A stretch of 64,000 nt of DNA from Candidatus Roizmanbacteria bacterium (lineage in GTDB: Bacteria; Patescibacteriota; Microgenomatia; UBA1406). The notes below the pieces were generated by a model that was given only the letters and a program-made list of their open reading frames with translations, was not told the DNA's origin and searched no databases. Both the position numbers and the translations under genes were made by a program. The stretch lies in contig JANLHL010000038.1 in the NCBI GenBank assembly GCA_024654535.1, positions 237,299-301,298 of the forward strand, in the 5' to 3' direction. This document shows positions 1 through 10,642 of this stretch, piece after piece (within the stretch, counting starts at the first letter, position 1; each line of letters opens with the position of its first letter).

Positions 1-1152
1 TTCATAGAAACGAACACCGCCATAAATCCTGTAGGGCACGCCACTGCGTAAACAAAGCTCCTCAAGCATGCGCGACTGGGCGTTGGTTCGGTAAAGAACA
101 GCAATATCATCGAGAGAGTATCCTTGATCTGAGAGTTTTTGTATACGCCCTAATACGAAATCACTTTCCTCATCATCATTTTCTAGTGTAAATACCCCCA
201 CTTCGTCTCCATACTTTTTATCAGTCCACAGTTTTAAAATCGGATGTGTTGTATTGTGTTCTATGACGCTGTATGCTGCGGTCAAAATGGGTTCAGTACT
301 GCGATAGTTTTGTTCAAGATTGAATGTTTTTGCGAGCGGGAAATCGTTTTTGAACTTTTTCAAATTAGTGAAATCTGCGCCTCGCCACGAATAAATGCTT
401 TGTGAGAAATCGCCCACAACTGTGATGTTATTAGTCGCGCTCGATAAAAGTTTTGCGAGCATGTACTGAGCGTGGTTGGTATCTTGATACTCGTCTACCA
501 ACAAAAAACGGTACTGAGTGTGGTAACGACTGAGAACTATTTTCTTTTGCTCAAATAGCCATACTGTTTGCGTAAGAAGATCATCAAAATCAAACGCGTT
601 CGTTTTTTCCAAAACGTTTTGATATTTTTTATATAGTTCGGCGCTTCGTTCTTCAAAAAAATCACGAGCTTCAGAGATAGCTTGGGCTGGAGTAAGTAAT
701 CTATTTTTATAGTCGCTAATACGGTTGAGCGCGCTATATGCTGATATCTTTAGTGTTCCCGATTGTTGTTTCAACAGTTGCTTCATAATCGTCGTTTGAT
801 CAGAGCTATCGAGTATTATGAAATTGCTAGTTTGCACTGAGACTGGTTTATTTCGACGCAGGACACTTGCACAAAACGAGTGGAATGTCGTTGCAGTGAT
901 TTCTTGCGGTGCAAGATCTTTATCTATATAGGTTGTAATGCGATGTTTCATTTCTTTTGCTGCCTTATTGGTAAAAGTAAGCATGAGAATGTTTGATGCT
1001 TTTGCTATATTTTTTTCCAAAAGATACATAGCTTTATAGGTAAGTACGCGAGTTTTGCCGCTACCTGCGCCAGCTAAAATTATCGATGGTCCAGTTGTAT
1101 GGGTAACCGCTGCACGTTGTGATGTATTTAGTTCTTTTGAAAAATTTGTCAT
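1..1152 (-). CDS. pcrA: ATP-dependent DNA helicase UvrD/PcrA (5' part; runs off the window edge)
   Basis: Hand translation from ATG at 1152: MTNFSKELNTSQRAAVTHTTGPSIILAGAGSGKTRVLTYK, with later motifs LTFTNKAA, TFHSF, VDEYQDTN, VGDFSQSIYSWRGA and LEQNYRST. Not in the ORF track because it is incomplete. Confidence 0.93.
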   Translation of the reverse strand, partial: MTNFSKELNTSQRAAVTHTTGPSIILAGAGSGKTRVLTYKAMYLLEKNIAKASNILMLTFTNKAAKEMKHRITTYIDKDLAPQEITATTFHSFCASVLRRNKPVSVQTSNFIILDSSDQTTIMKQLLKQQSGTLKISAYSALNRISDYKNRLLTPAQAISEARDFFEERSAELYKKYQNVLEKTNAFDFDDLLTQTVWLFEQKKIVLSRYHTQYRFLLVDEYQDTNHAQYMLAKLLSSATNNITVVGDFSQSIYSWRGADFTNLKKFKNDFPLAKTFNLEQNYRSTEPILTAAYSVIEHNTTHPILKLWTDKKYGDEVGVFTLENDDEESDFVLGRIQKLSDQGYSLDDIAVLYRTNAQSRMLEELCLRSGVPYRIYGGVRFYE

Positions 1153-1178
1153 GTGATTACTTCTAAAAGAAAATTAGG

Positions 1179-1187
1179 TGGTATAAT
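1179..1187 (+). promoter_or_regulatory. extended -10 promoter (TGgTATAAT), 8 nt before the tpiA ATG
   Basis: Consensus TGnTATAAT; no SD sequence between it and the start codon. Confidence 0.6.
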
Positions 1188-1195
1188 CTTACCAC

Positions 1196-1855
1196 ATGAG
1201 CGCTACAGTGATTGCTAATTTAAAAGCATATTTAAGCGATACGCAATTGAAAGTATGGATACGAGAGTTTGTTTTGGGTATGCAAGACTCTAAAGAGAGC
1301 GAGAACTCGATTATCATATGTCCGCCCGTAACACATTTATTACTCTTTCGTGAGCAGTTAGATGAGAACGATTTATCCTTTATCTCCCTTGGAGCACAGG
1401 ATATTTCAATGTATGAGCAGGGAGCGTATACAGGAGAGGTTACAGGGTCTATGGTACAAGAAGTTGCAGACTATGTACTATTGGGCCATTCGGAACGTAG
1501 AAAGTATCATGGTGAAACACAAGAAGCAGTACAAAAGAAAATAGACATAGCCCAACAGTACGGGTTACTACCGATAGTACTTATGGAGAAACCAGAAAAA
1601 CATGAAGGAACTATTTTTGCCGTTGGCTATGAGCCGGGCAGTTCTATTGGTTCTGGACATCCCGAGCCTGCATCAGAGGCGTACTCGGTAATGAAAACTA
1701 TTGCTAAAAACTATTCAGATGTACTCACTATTTATGGAGGTAGCGTGGATGAAAAAAATGTAAAGGAGTATTTGGCGCATTTTGATGGTGTTTTGGTTGG
1801 TACCGCAAGTGAAGATCCGCACGAGTTTGTGAAAGTTATACAGAAGACATATTGA
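1196..1855 (+). CDS. tpiA: triosephosphate isomerase (short, divergent)
   Basis: Motifs ANLK, GAYTGEV, GHSERR, YEP, YGGSV, DGVLVGTAS. Confidence 0.95.
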   Translation: MSATVIANLKAYLSDTQLKVWIREFVLGMQDSKESENSIIICPPVTHLLLFREQLDENDLSFISLGAQDISMYEQGAYTGEVTGSMVQEVADYVLLGHSERRKYHGETQEAVQKKIDIAQQYGLLPIVLMEKPEKHEGTIFAVGYEPGSSIGSGHPEPASEAYSVMKTIAKNYSDVLTIYGGSVDEKNVKEYLAHFDGVLVGTASEDPHEFVKVIQKTY

Positions 1856-1895
1856 TATAAGTTAATCTGTAAACAACAGAGACGTTGTTACGAGC

Positions 1896-2435
1896 ATGGC
1901 TGAACGGTTAGCTCTATGGGAAACTGATTATGATACTTATTGTATGCACGAATTGGGTAAGTGTTTTGTAGATAATGCTATCGATCCACTTGTGACAACT
2001 CCTCAATATATAGTTGCCTCTCGTGCATTAAGTGGACAGTTAGATATAGTTCCACGCTCTGTCCTTTTGCATGGTCGGCCTATGAATGCATATACCTCAC
2101 GTGTGAGATCAATTGTCGAAGAAAGAGCACAAAAATATTATGATTTTTGTGCGTGGATAAATCAAAACTGGCTTAACGGAGACAGAGATAGATTTGATAG
2201 AATAGTTGTTGATAGGGCCGCTGATCAGTATGCGCGCACCATGAGAATGAAATTAGATAGAGATTGGGATAGTCGATGGGCAGTCGCTAAGGATAGGTAT
2301 TTGACTTATCAGATTATTGATTTTCAAGACCCAACTCTTGTCAAATTGCTATTAGCATTACAGACTAGCGCGCTTATGCAGTATGTAGAAGCAAGCACAG
2401 ACCCGAATCGATTGCGTCCTTTCTTGTTGCAGTAA
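1896..2435 (+). CDS. hypothetical protein
   Basis: 179-aa ORF filling the intergenic space; no motif recognised. Confidence 0.6.
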   Translation: MAERLALWETDYDTYCMHELGKCFVDNAIDPLVTTPQYIVASRALSGQLDIVPRSVLLHGRPMNAYTSRVRSIVEERAQKYYDFCAWINQNWLNGDRDRFDRIVVDRAADQYARTMRMKLDRDWDSRWAVAKDRYLTYQIIDFQDPTLVKLLLALQTSALMQYVEASTDPNRLRPFLLQ

Positions 2436-2552
2436 TTTTGTTCAAAATCCTTGCTTTTTTACACATATATAAAAGCCCATGGGCAATTAAAGCGCTATGT
2501 ATGGATGATAAATTCAAAAGAACACGGAACTATTGAAGAGCTGTTTCAATGG

Positions 2553-2768
2553 TTACTTTCTATATTGGTTAGAGTAAATCACGTTGTCTAAAACTAACAA
2601 CGCCGCAATCAAAGGTCCTGTTGCATTATGGAGTGTGGTTTCTATAATTTCTTCTGCATGTCTACTCATACGTTCAACATGACCACTTCCATTTCCGCCT
2701 AAAGCGAGTATAGCGTCGGTTTGAGTTTGCCTACCTTCGTTCAATATTTTTGGGTCAATACGCTCCAT
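2553..2768 (-). CDS. small hypothetical protein
   Basis: 71-aa ORF; GATAAT lies 6 nt upstream of its ATG on the minus strand. Confidence 0.5.
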   Translation of the reverse strand: MERIDPKILNEGRQTQTDAILALGGNGSGHVERMSRHAEEIIETTLHNATGPLIAALLVLDNVIYSNQYRK

Positions 2769-2820
2769 ACCGTATTATCCTCCAACTCGATTAAATTGCA
2801 AGTAAAAATTACCAAAGTGT

Positions 2821-2848
2821 TTTACTATAGGTTGTAGTGTGGTATAAT
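2821..2848 (+). promoter_or_regulatory. sigma70-like promoter TTTACT-16-TATAAT (extended -10), 5 nt before ATG 2854
   Basis: tttactataggttgtagtgtggtataat. Confidence 0.55.
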
Positions 2849-2853
2849 TTCAC

Positions 2854-3546
2854 ATGACTGTTGAAGATATACAGACAACTGGGTCAGATTTACGGACAAC
2901 TGTTGAACAAGGTACTACTCTGCCTATCCAGATTGAGGCCCATCTTGTGCTTGCTCATGAACTTTGCCAACTAGCGAGGTACGAATCGGGTATGGATAAT
3001 TTAGGTCAATACGATGCGGCCATCGGTGCTTTCCAGAGGTATGCAGATTTAGTCAATGCATCAGCAGGAGTATTGCCTACTAGTGATGCTGTAGATTTAC
3101 GAACTGAAGTACTAAATCAAATGTATGCATTAAATCTTATCCCTCCTGAGCAAATGCCTCTAGCACTGCGTATAGGATTAGATGAAGTTGCTTTAAAGAG
3201 AGCTGGGAAAATTGTTCCTGCTATTCTAGATAAATTAACTCATAATTGTCCAGTTTTAGTTGGCACTTGGGATACGCGTAGTGTTATTGAACAACAACTA
3301 ATTATTGAAGCATTATATCAGGAAAGAGTAGATTGGCAAAACATGGATAGGATACGTTTGTTATATGAATTATTTGTTCAGAAACAAAGTATCGAAAATC
3401 CGCTCAATATAAAAGATAAATATAAATCTGCATGGATATTGCTTGATAGGTTAGGTATCAATATTCTCCTTAACGAAAGACAAGCGTATAATCGTAACGT
3501 TCCTGGGAAAAATAAAACAAAAGATAGGTTTCTATTAGCAATATGA
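2854..3546 (+). CDS. hypothetical protein (probably helical)
   Basis: 230-aa ORF with its own promoter-like motif; no family recognised. Confidence 0.65.
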   Translation: MTVEDIQTTGSDLRTTVEQGTTLPIQIEAHLVLAHELCQLARYESGMDNLGQYDAAIGAFQRYADLVNASAGVLPTSDAVDLRTEVLNQMYALNLIPPEQMPLALRIGLDEVALKRAGKIVPAILDKLTHNCPVLVGTWDTRSVIEQQLIIEALYQERVDWQNMDRIRLLYELFVQKQSIENPLNIKDKYKSAWILLDRLGINILLNERQAYNRNVPGKNKTKDRFLLAI

Positions 3547-3664
3547 TCATAATGCCTGAGGAACTTGGTAAAAATGGTGCACGAACAACCATTGACTAAA
3601 AACAAATGAGTGAGGGATAGTTTACTATAGGTTTAAATTTCGCTCACAGTTGGTATAATAAGAA

Positions 3665-4489
3665 ATGTCAAACGAGATCCAACAAAAGTTTTTAGACTTA
3701 AGAAAATCACGCGACTTTGCTAAACTAAATCCGGCACTGTCAGTTGATTTTCATATAAGTGAAACGTCGGCACTAAACTGCTTAGGTGATTATTCAAGAA
3801 GGTATATTGTAGACGCTTGTTTTCCAAAACCGTCACTCGTGGACATTCATAGAAAGCGAATAGAATCTTTATTAAACAGAGGGAGATACCCATTTATCAT
3901 ACTTGATATTGGTGGCATGTTGGGCAAATCCATGGGTTTACTTGCGGATGAGTTTAGAGTGCACATAGATAATTCTCAGATGGCAATAGTTGTTTCAAAT
4001 CTCTATTTTGATCCTTTAAAAAGACCATATACCATAGAATGTCCAACATTTGACCCAGGTAAGAGCGACGTATATTATTTGACAGGAAGCTCTCAAAGAC
4101 TACGAAAACAGTCAGTCATTCTACCAGACGGAACTGTGTTACCTTTGAGAGGGAACGTTGCTTTGATGAATGAAGCCTTTTCTCTATCGTATTGGTCGCC
4201 TAATCCCTCAAGAGAAGTTATAGAAGCAGCATCTCTGCTGAGAGGTGATGGACTATATATGGTATACAGCCATAAAGATGAAAGTAATATGGAAGGCTGG
4301 ATGGTCAAACCAATCCCAAAGGATACAAGACATGAAAGGCAACAAAGACTGCTCAGAGCATATGAAACTGCTTGTAGGCTTTATGGGTTAACTCAAGTTA
4401 CGGCAGTTGAGGTGGGTACATATGATGGGTTACCCATTGTGAACGCACATATATTTCGGAAACAAAATGCCCTGCCTTTTGAGGTATGA
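3665..4489 (+). CDS. hypothetical protein, possible degenerate class I SAM-dependent methyltransferase fold
   Basis: ILDIGGMLG resembles motif I and LLRGDGLY resembles LKPGG; TGgTATAAT lies 5 nt upstream. Confidence 0.55.
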   Translation: MSNEIQQKFLDLRKSRDFAKLNPALSVDFHISETSALNCLGDYSRRYIVDACFPKPSLVDIHRKRIESLLNRGRYPFIILDIGGMLGKSMGLLADEFRVHIDNSQMAIVVSNLYFDPLKRPYTIECPTFDPGKSDVYYLTGSSQRLRKQSVILPDGTVLPLRGNVALMNEAFSLSYWSPNPSREVIEAASLLRGDGLYMVYSHKDESNMEGWMVKPIPKDTRHERQQRLLRAYETACRLYGLTQVTAVEVGTYDGLPIVNAHIFRKQNALPFEV

Positions 4490-4535
4490 ATATGTGTGGA
4501 TCATGAAGAATACGTTTTCTGTGTTAGAATATACC

Positions 4536-5408
4536 ATGGCAAAAGGCCCAGTCTTATCTATTCTCATAATTAATTACAATACAAAGAAGCTTACACTAGA
4601 GTGTTTAGAAAGTATTTATGCTTTTGACACTATCGGTGTGGAAGTATTGGTACTTGATAATAATTCATCCGATGGATCCGTCTCTGCAATACGTACACAG
4701 TTTCCAAAGGTACGTTTATTTTCTAAAAAACAGAACCTAGGATTTTCAAAAGGAAACAATTTTTTATTAGAACAGGCAAAAGGTGTGTACGTTTTATTTT
4801 TAAATTCAGATATCAAAGTGCTTAATAATGGTATTCAAAACCTTCTTTCGTGTTATCAGAATAATGAAAAACATGTTGCGTTCATGGGAGCCAAGCTGTT
4901 CAATGCAAATATGAGTCCGCAACCCTCGTGCGGACCCTTTTATACTCTACCTGTAGTGTTTGCTGCACTTTTTCTAAGAGGTGACTACTGGGGCTTGACA
5001 CGGCGTTCTCCTAATAGATTTAGCGTAGTCGACTGGGTGTCGGGTGCGTGTATTATGACAACGAAGCGCGCAATGAATACTGTTGGCGGATTTGATGAAG
5101 TAATATTTATGTATATGGAAGAAATAGATTTGCTTTATCGTGCGCGTAGTAAAGGTCTTCTTACTGCATTTTGTCCTCGCGCGCGCTTTATTCATTACGG
5201 TTCTGCCTCAAGTAATGGGCGTACCATGCCTATCTTAAATGTATTTAGTGGATTTATATATTTCTATTCCAAACATTACTCAAAAATAGAGATATTCCTA
5301 TTAAAAGGTATGTTACAATTAAAGGCATGGGTTGGATATGGTATCGGCACAATTACAGGTAACAGCTATTTGAAGAAAACCTATGGGCAAGCTCGCAGAA
5401 TTATTTAA
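4536..5408 (+). CDS. glycosyltransferase family 2 (WbbL/RfbF-like)
   Basis: SILIINYN, DNNSSDGS, NLGFSKGNN, FLNSD, VSGAC, FMYMEEID. Start moved to ATG 4536 (TAGAAT 5 nt upstream). Confidence 0.9.
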   Translation: MAKGPVLSILIINYNTKKLTLECLESIYAFDTIGVEVLVLDNNSSDGSVSAIRTQFPKVRLFSKKQNLGFSKGNNFLLEQAKGVYVLFLNSDIKVLNNGIQNLLSCYQNNEKHVAFMGAKLFNANMSPQPSCGPFYTLPVVFAALFLRGDYWGLTRRSPNRFSVVDWVSGACIMTTKRAMNTVGGFDEVIFMYMEEIDLLYRARSKGLLTAFCPRARFIHYGSASSNGRTMPILNVFSGFIYFYSKHYSKIEIFLLKGMLQLKAWVGYGIGTITGNSYLKKTYGQARRII

Positions 5409-6903
5409 ACCGTTTACAAAGGCAAAATTCCGTTTCATTCACTGGGTTCTGTTGTTGTATATATTTTTTATTCCTCTATGGCCAAAGATTCCCTTCAGGG
5501 ATGTTGAATACACCTATATCAATATTCGGTATGAAGACATTTTTTTGGGTTTCCTTGCAGTCCTGTTTGTAATAGAAATACTGCGCGGTAAGGCGCGCAT
5601 ATTAAAAAATCCCTATTTACGGTGGATTGTATTGTACTGGGTGGTTGTGTTTATTGCTTTTTTATATGGACATTTTATTTCTAAGACAGTGCCTGTCTTC
5701 AATATTGGGTTGCTTCACAGTTTGCGGAGAGTTGAGTATATGTTTCCATTCTTTGTCTTTTTTGCATTGGTAGAAAATGCGCGGCAATTTCGTATATATG
5801 CAGTAAGTATTTTTTTGGCACTTTTTGGTGTCATTATTTACGCATTTGGACAAAAATTTATTGGTTGGCCAGCCTATTTGACAATGAATCCGGTATTTTC
5901 GACGGGAATTCCACTCCTTTTGAAATATGAATCTCGCATAGCTTCCACTTTTGGGGGGCATTATGATTTGGGTGCATTCCTGGTAGTCTTGATCCCGTCA
6001 ACTCTTGCCATGTTTGCAGCTGGAAAGAAAAAATATGGAGTACTTTTTTTTCTATCCCTTCTTGTGTTAGTCTATACCGCTTCTCGTACATCGTTTATTT
6101 CATACATCGTTTCTGCGACAGCACTGTTGATATTTTTGCGTAAATGGAAAATGTCGGTGGTCATTATTGCTATTAGTGCAGTGATGATGTTGTTTACACG
6201 AGACTTGACGGATAGATTTATGAAAACTTTTTCGGTACGTCAGATTTTAGTGAACAACAAAACTGGACAAGTTTATGTACCGAAGCGTGTCGGTAAAGAT
6301 GAATTGCCTGCAGGAAGTTTGTACGTGCCGCTCAATAAAAATAAATCTGAGAAGCTAGGCACCGCTGTTACGAATTTAAAGAAAGATATTTTGGCGGAAG
6401 AGAAAATCAAAAATGCAAGTGCAGCTGCGCTGTCAGGAAATGATATAAATTCATCGGGAAGTTCAGAACAAAATCTGGAAGCAGTATCTGGGGTCGTCTA
6501 TGACATTTCTTCAGCAACAAGACTACAAGTGGAATGGCCTCGCGCAATAAATGCTTTCTTATCGAACCCATTATTGGGGACTGGTCCGTCTTCGATAACA
6601 GAGGCGACAGACGGTGACTACTTTAGGGCAGTTGGGGAAACGGGCATACTCGGTTTCACGTTATTGTTTGGGATAGTATTATTTTTGCAAAAAGAATTCT
6701 TTTTTAAAGCAAAAACATTGGCGAAGAACGCTCAATACGCATACTATGGTGTAGTTTTTGGGGCGTTCGGGCTTATGATCAATGCTATATATATTGATGT
6801 TTTTGAGGCATCAAAAATAGCATTCTTTGTTTGGTGTTTGTGGGGTATTTACGCAAAGGCGCTCGAATTCAGTAAAGCAGATATTAATAAGGCGTTTGAA
6901 TAA
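5383..6903 (+). CDS. O-antigen ligase/Wzy-like polytopic membrane protein
   Basis: Many TM segments; RIASTFGGH, YTASRTS, NPLLGTGPSS, a GETGILG motif and a large soluble loop. Confidence 0.75.
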   Translation: MGKLAELFKPFTKAKFRFIHWVLLLYIFFIPLWPKIPFRDVEYTYINIRYEDIFLGFLAVLFVIEILRGKARILKNPYLRWIVLYWVVVFIAFLYGHFISKTVPVFNIGLLHSLRRVEYMFPFFVFFALVENARQFRIYAVSIFLALFGVIIYAFGQKFIGWPAYLTMNPVFSTGIPLLLKYESRIASTFGGHYDLGAFLVVLIPSTLAMFAAGKKKYGVLFFLSLLVLVYTASRTSFISYIVSATALLIFLRKWKMSVVIIAISAVMMLFTRDLTDRFMKTFSVRQILVNNKTGQVYVPKRVGKDELPAGSLYVPLNKNKSEKLGTAVTNLKKDILAEEKIKNASAAALSGNDINSSGSSEQNLEAVSGVVYDISSATRLQVEWPRAINAFLSNPLLGTGPSSITEATDGDYFRAVGETGILGFTLLFGIVLFLQKEFFFKAKTLAKNAQYAYYGVVFGAFGLMINAIYIDVFEASKIAFFVWCLWGIYAKALEFSKADINKAFE

Positions 6904-6908
6904 AATAT

Positions 6909-8345
6909 ATGAAAAGTAAAAAACTCATTTTCTATGTACTATTGATTATTTTATTGGCACTGGGTTTGTTTGTACGAAAATATAAGATTGATGCGCCACT
7001 GTCCGATTGGTTCTCGTGGAGGCAAACTGACACTGCAGCGGTAGGTCGTTTTTTTGCTAAAGACGGTATAGATGTTATGAAGCCTCGTTTTTACGATCTT
7101 TCCAGTATACAGACAGGCATAGAGAATCCCCACGGGTATCGAATGGTGGAATTCCCTGCATATAGTGCGACATTTGCTTATCTCTATAAGACGTTTGGTA
7201 CGGTGAGTATCGAAACGTGGGCAAGAATTGTCACGACGGTGCTTTCATTGGCTGCACTGGCAGTTATTTACACCTTGCTTTATGAGGAAACAGGGCTTTT
7301 TGGTGCATTTTTTGGAGGGTTATTTTTTGCTGTATTTCCGTATGTAGTTTTTTATTCTCATACAATTTTGCCAGACATGCCGGCAACAAGCTTGGCTGTT
7401 TTGTCGATATATTTCACCTATAGATATTCCCGAGGCAAGAGTTGGTTCCATCTCATTGTTGGGTTACTACTCTTTGCGCTAGGGCTTTTGCTCAAGCCTA
7501 TGGTTGTGTTCTATGGATTTGTCCATCTATATTTAATTGCGTTTGCATTGGGCAGGAGGGGGAAAAAGGCGGTTCTTGCTCTCTTGGTCTTTTCGCTGAG
7601 TGCTATTCCGGTCTATTTATGGAGACGGTATATCCAACAGTTTCCAGAAGGTATTCCAGCAAATAGTTGGCTATTTACGTCGGTTAGCACACCAGCTGGT
7701 CTTCAGGAAATATTTTTGCGCCCCGCTTTTTTTCGATGGATATTTTATGAGCGCATCAATAACCTGATTTTAGGTGGATATGGTATGTTTTTTGTGATAT
7801 ATGGATTCTTTTATAAAACAAAACAGACTTTTCTTCACTATGCTTTTGCTATTGCCGCACTGTCATACTTATTTGTGTTTGAAGGGGGGAATGTACAGCA
7901 TGATTACTACCAGATTATCATTATACCTGCATTGGCGATGCTACTTGGATATGGTGTACAACTTTTTATAAATCAGCGCCAAATGGGGTTATTAATCGTG
8001 CGTATAGCTACGGTATGTATAATCTTTGGTGCGTCTATTGCTTTTTCGTATTATCAAATAAAGCCGTACTACAACCAGAATTCAGATTGGCTACTGATTG
8101 CAGATGTTATTCGGTCGGTTACCTCTCCAAAAGACACGATTGTACTCGATGCAACGGGAGATACGACAATTTTGTATCTATCAGACCGAAAGGGCTATCC
8201 TGCTCCGTATAAAGAACTTTCAGAATTTAAAAAACAAGGCGCAGATTATTTTGTCACTACAAATAGCGACTATAAGAATAAATTTAAAGATTCTTCCTAT
8301 TCGCTTATATTTGAAAATGACAAAGTTCTGGTGTTTCGATTATGA
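6909..8345 (+). CDS. GT-C membrane glycosyltransferase (ArnT/PMT-like)
   Basis: Polytopic; WRQTDT loop, ILPD, LLKP, HDYY. Confidence 0.75.
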   Translation: MKSKKLIFYVLLIILLALGLFVRKYKIDAPLSDWFSWRQTDTAAVGRFFAKDGIDVMKPRFYDLSSIQTGIENPHGYRMVEFPAYSATFAYLYKTFGTVSIETWARIVTTVLSLAALAVIYTLLYEETGLFGAFFGGLFFAVFPYVVFYSHTILPDMPATSLAVLSIYFTYRYSRGKSWFHLIVGLLLFALGLLLKPMVVFYGFVHLYLIAFALGRRGKKAVLALLVFSLSAIPVYLWRRYIQQFPEGIPANSWLFTSVSTPAGLQEIFLRPAFFRWIFYERINNLILGGYGMFFVIYGFFYKTKQTFLHYAFAIAALSYLFVFEGGNVQHDYYQIIIIPALAMLLGYGVQLFINQRQMGLLIVRIATVCIIFGASIAFSYYQIKPYYNQNSDWLLIADVIRSVTSPKDTIVLDATGDTTILYLSDRKGYPAPYKELSEFKKQGADYFVTTNSDYKNKFKDSSYSLIFENDKVLVFRL

Positions 8346-9532
8346 GGATACTCATGGTTACGCCATACTTGCCGTTTCCTCCGGTAAGCGGTGGGCAAAC
8401 GCGTTCATACCATCTTATAAAACGGTTGGCAAAACGTCATTCTATAACACTGTATTGTTACTACCGAAAAGAATCAGAGCGTGAATATGTGCAGTATTTG
8501 AAACCGTATGTTACGGAAGTACATATGATCAAGCGCAGAGCTGTACTTCATCCGTTACATTTTCTTTTAAGCTTTTTTACTAGTATGCCTTTCTTGCTTG
8601 TCAGTACTTACTATTCTCCAACGCTGAAAAAGCTTATTGCGTGCGAACTCGCTACCAATAAGTATGATCTCATACATTGTGAAACTTTCTATGTATCACC
8701 GAATGTACCTGAAACACATTTACCAATTATATTAGTTGAACAAACAGTTGAGTATCATGTCTATGAACATTTTGTAAGAAAATTACCTTCTGTTCTTCGA
8801 TTCTTTTTGAGGTTTGAATTACTGAAGTTACTAAATTGGGAAAAACGCACATGGCAGCGAGCAAATCGTATTGTGACTGTTTCTGCAGAAGATGCGTCAG
8901 CCGTCACAGCATTAGATCCACGACAGAGAAATAAATTAGACGTTGTACCTAATGGTACTGCAGTAGAAGATTTCCATATAAAAAGATCTACCTTCAATGC
9001 AAACCGTCCGGTTATATGTTATGTTGGCAATTTTAAATGGTTGCAGAATAAAGAAGCTTTGTGGTATCTCTTACAGAAAATATACCCAATACTCTTACGT
9101 GATATACCAAATGCAAAATTTGTTGTGGCTGGTAAGCATATTCCAAAATCAGCTATTCAGAGCTATAACAAAGTAGATTTTTTTGAATCGGTGCCACAAA
9201 TCCAAGAAATTTACAATAAAGCAGACATACTTATAGCTCCACTTTTTGGTCCTGGAGGTACACGTTTGAAAATTTTAGAATCAATGGCCTCGGGAGTATT
9301 GGTTGCAACGACTAGAGTGGGGGCTATGGGTCTTAATTTAGTTGATATGAAAGATGTGCTGTTGTTTGAAAACCCAAAGGAATTGCGCAAAAAATTAAAT
9401 AACGTACTTGCACATCGTACGATCATGCAAGATATTGTAAGAGCTGCATTCAAAAAAGTGAGCAGTGAATTTGATTGGAACGCAATAGTGAGGAAACTTG
9501 AAAAAAATTATGAAATTGCATTAAATTCATGA
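8342..9532 (+). CDS. glycosyltransferase family 4
   Basis: MRILMVTPYLPFPPVSGG, VVPNG, GTRLKILESMASG. Confidence 0.9.
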   Translation: MRILMVTPYLPFPPVSGGQTRSYHLIKRLAKRHSITLYCYYRKESEREYVQYLKPYVTEVHMIKRRAVLHPLHFLLSFFTSMPFLLVSTYYSPTLKKLIACELATNKYDLIHCETFYVSPNVPETHLPIILVEQTVEYHVYEHFVRKLPSVLRFFLRFELLKLLNWEKRTWQRANRIVTVSAEDASAVTALDPRQRNKLDVVPNGTAVEDFHIKRSTFNANRPVICYVGNFKWLQNKEALWYLLQKIYPILLRDIPNAKFVVAGKHIPKSAIQSYNKVDFFESVPQIQEIYNKADILIAPLFGPGGTRLKILESMASGVLVATTRVGAMGLNLVDMKDVLLFENPKELRKKLNNVLAHRTIMQDIVRAAFKKVSSEFDWNAIVRKLEKNYEIALNS

Positions 9533-10641
9533 AAATAGGTATTGATATTTCTCAAATACAGTACGAAGGAACGGGGGTTGCCCGTTATACAAAAAATCTT
9601 GTAACTGAACTTTTACAACAAGACAAACACAATACATATACACTTTTCTATAATTCATTTCACATTCGACTGAAAGATGTACTCGGTGCACGTGTGTTAC
9701 TCAGTTCTTCAGCGAGAATTTGTGAATTTTCTTTGCCAGAGAAAGTGTTGCATATAATGTGGAATGTGTTTTCTTTTATCTCAATTGAACATTTTATTGG
9801 TCGCCAAGATATTTATTTCTATTCTGATTGGTTTACACCTCCAACGAATGCATACACATTTACAACGGTCCATGATTTGGCATTTAAACTTTTTCCACAA
9901 ACTGTTCATCCCTATGTACGAGCAGCGCAGGAAAGACGTTTATATCGCATTTCAAATAAAAAAAGAAACAGTGTGTTTGCTGATTCCATTTCCACCAAAA
10001 ATGACTTACAAAAATATTATCCGATAGAGTCGGGCAGAATAAAAGTTATACATCCTGGCGTAATAAGCCAGAAACAAAATAGTGGAAAAGTAAAAGAAAC
10101 ACTTTTGCGTTATAAACTTACTGAGCGAGAGTTTATACTGGTAGTTGGTACGCTAGAACCACGGAAAAATTTGAGTCGCTTATTTGAAGCATATGCAACT
10201 ATTCAGGGGAACATTCCGCTTGTTGTCGCAGGAAAGAACGGATGGGGGATTATCACTTCCAACGATTCACGTATCCGGATGATAGGGTTCGTGAACGATG
10301 AAGAATTATTTGCATTATATCAGAATGCGCTATTCTTTGTCATGCCATCCCTCTATGAAGGTTTTGGTTTTCCGGCTGTCGAAGCAATGAGTTTGGGTTG
10401 TCCTGTGTGTTTGTCGAGAACTTCTTCGTTGGTTGAGATAGGCGCAGATGTAGCAGTATTTTTTGATCCATTATCAGTATCAGATATTGTACGTGCTCTT
10501 CAAACTTTGTTGACAGATGCGAGTTTACGTAAGAGGACTATACAAAAAGGTTTAGTTCGGGCACGAAAATTTAACTGGGCAGTGACAGCTCACCAAGTTA
10601 TACACGAATTTAATCGTGTGGAGGGTATTCTAGCTACATAA
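9529..10641 (+). CDS. glycosyltransferase family 4 (MtfB-like)
   Basis: TVHDL, VGTLEPRKN, PSLYEGFGFPAVEAM. Confidence 0.92.
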   Translation: MKIGIDISQIQYEGTGVARYTKNLVTELLQQDKHNTYTLFYNSFHIRLKDVLGARVLLSSSARICEFSLPEKVLHIMWNVFSFISIEHFIGRQDIYFYSDWFTPPTNAYTFTTVHDLAFKLFPQTVHPYVRAAQERRLYRISNKKRNSVFADSISTKNDLQKYYPIESGRIKVIHPGVISQKQNSGKVKETLLRYKLTEREFILVVGTLEPRKNLSRLFEAYATIQGNIPLVVAGKNGWGIITSNDSRIRMIGFVNDEELFALYQNALFFVMPSLYEGFGFPAVEAMSLGCPVCLSRTSSLVEIGADVAVFFDPLSVSDIVRALQTLLTDASLRKRTIQKGLVRARKFNWAVTAHQVIHEFNRVEGILAT

Positions 10642-10642
10642 A

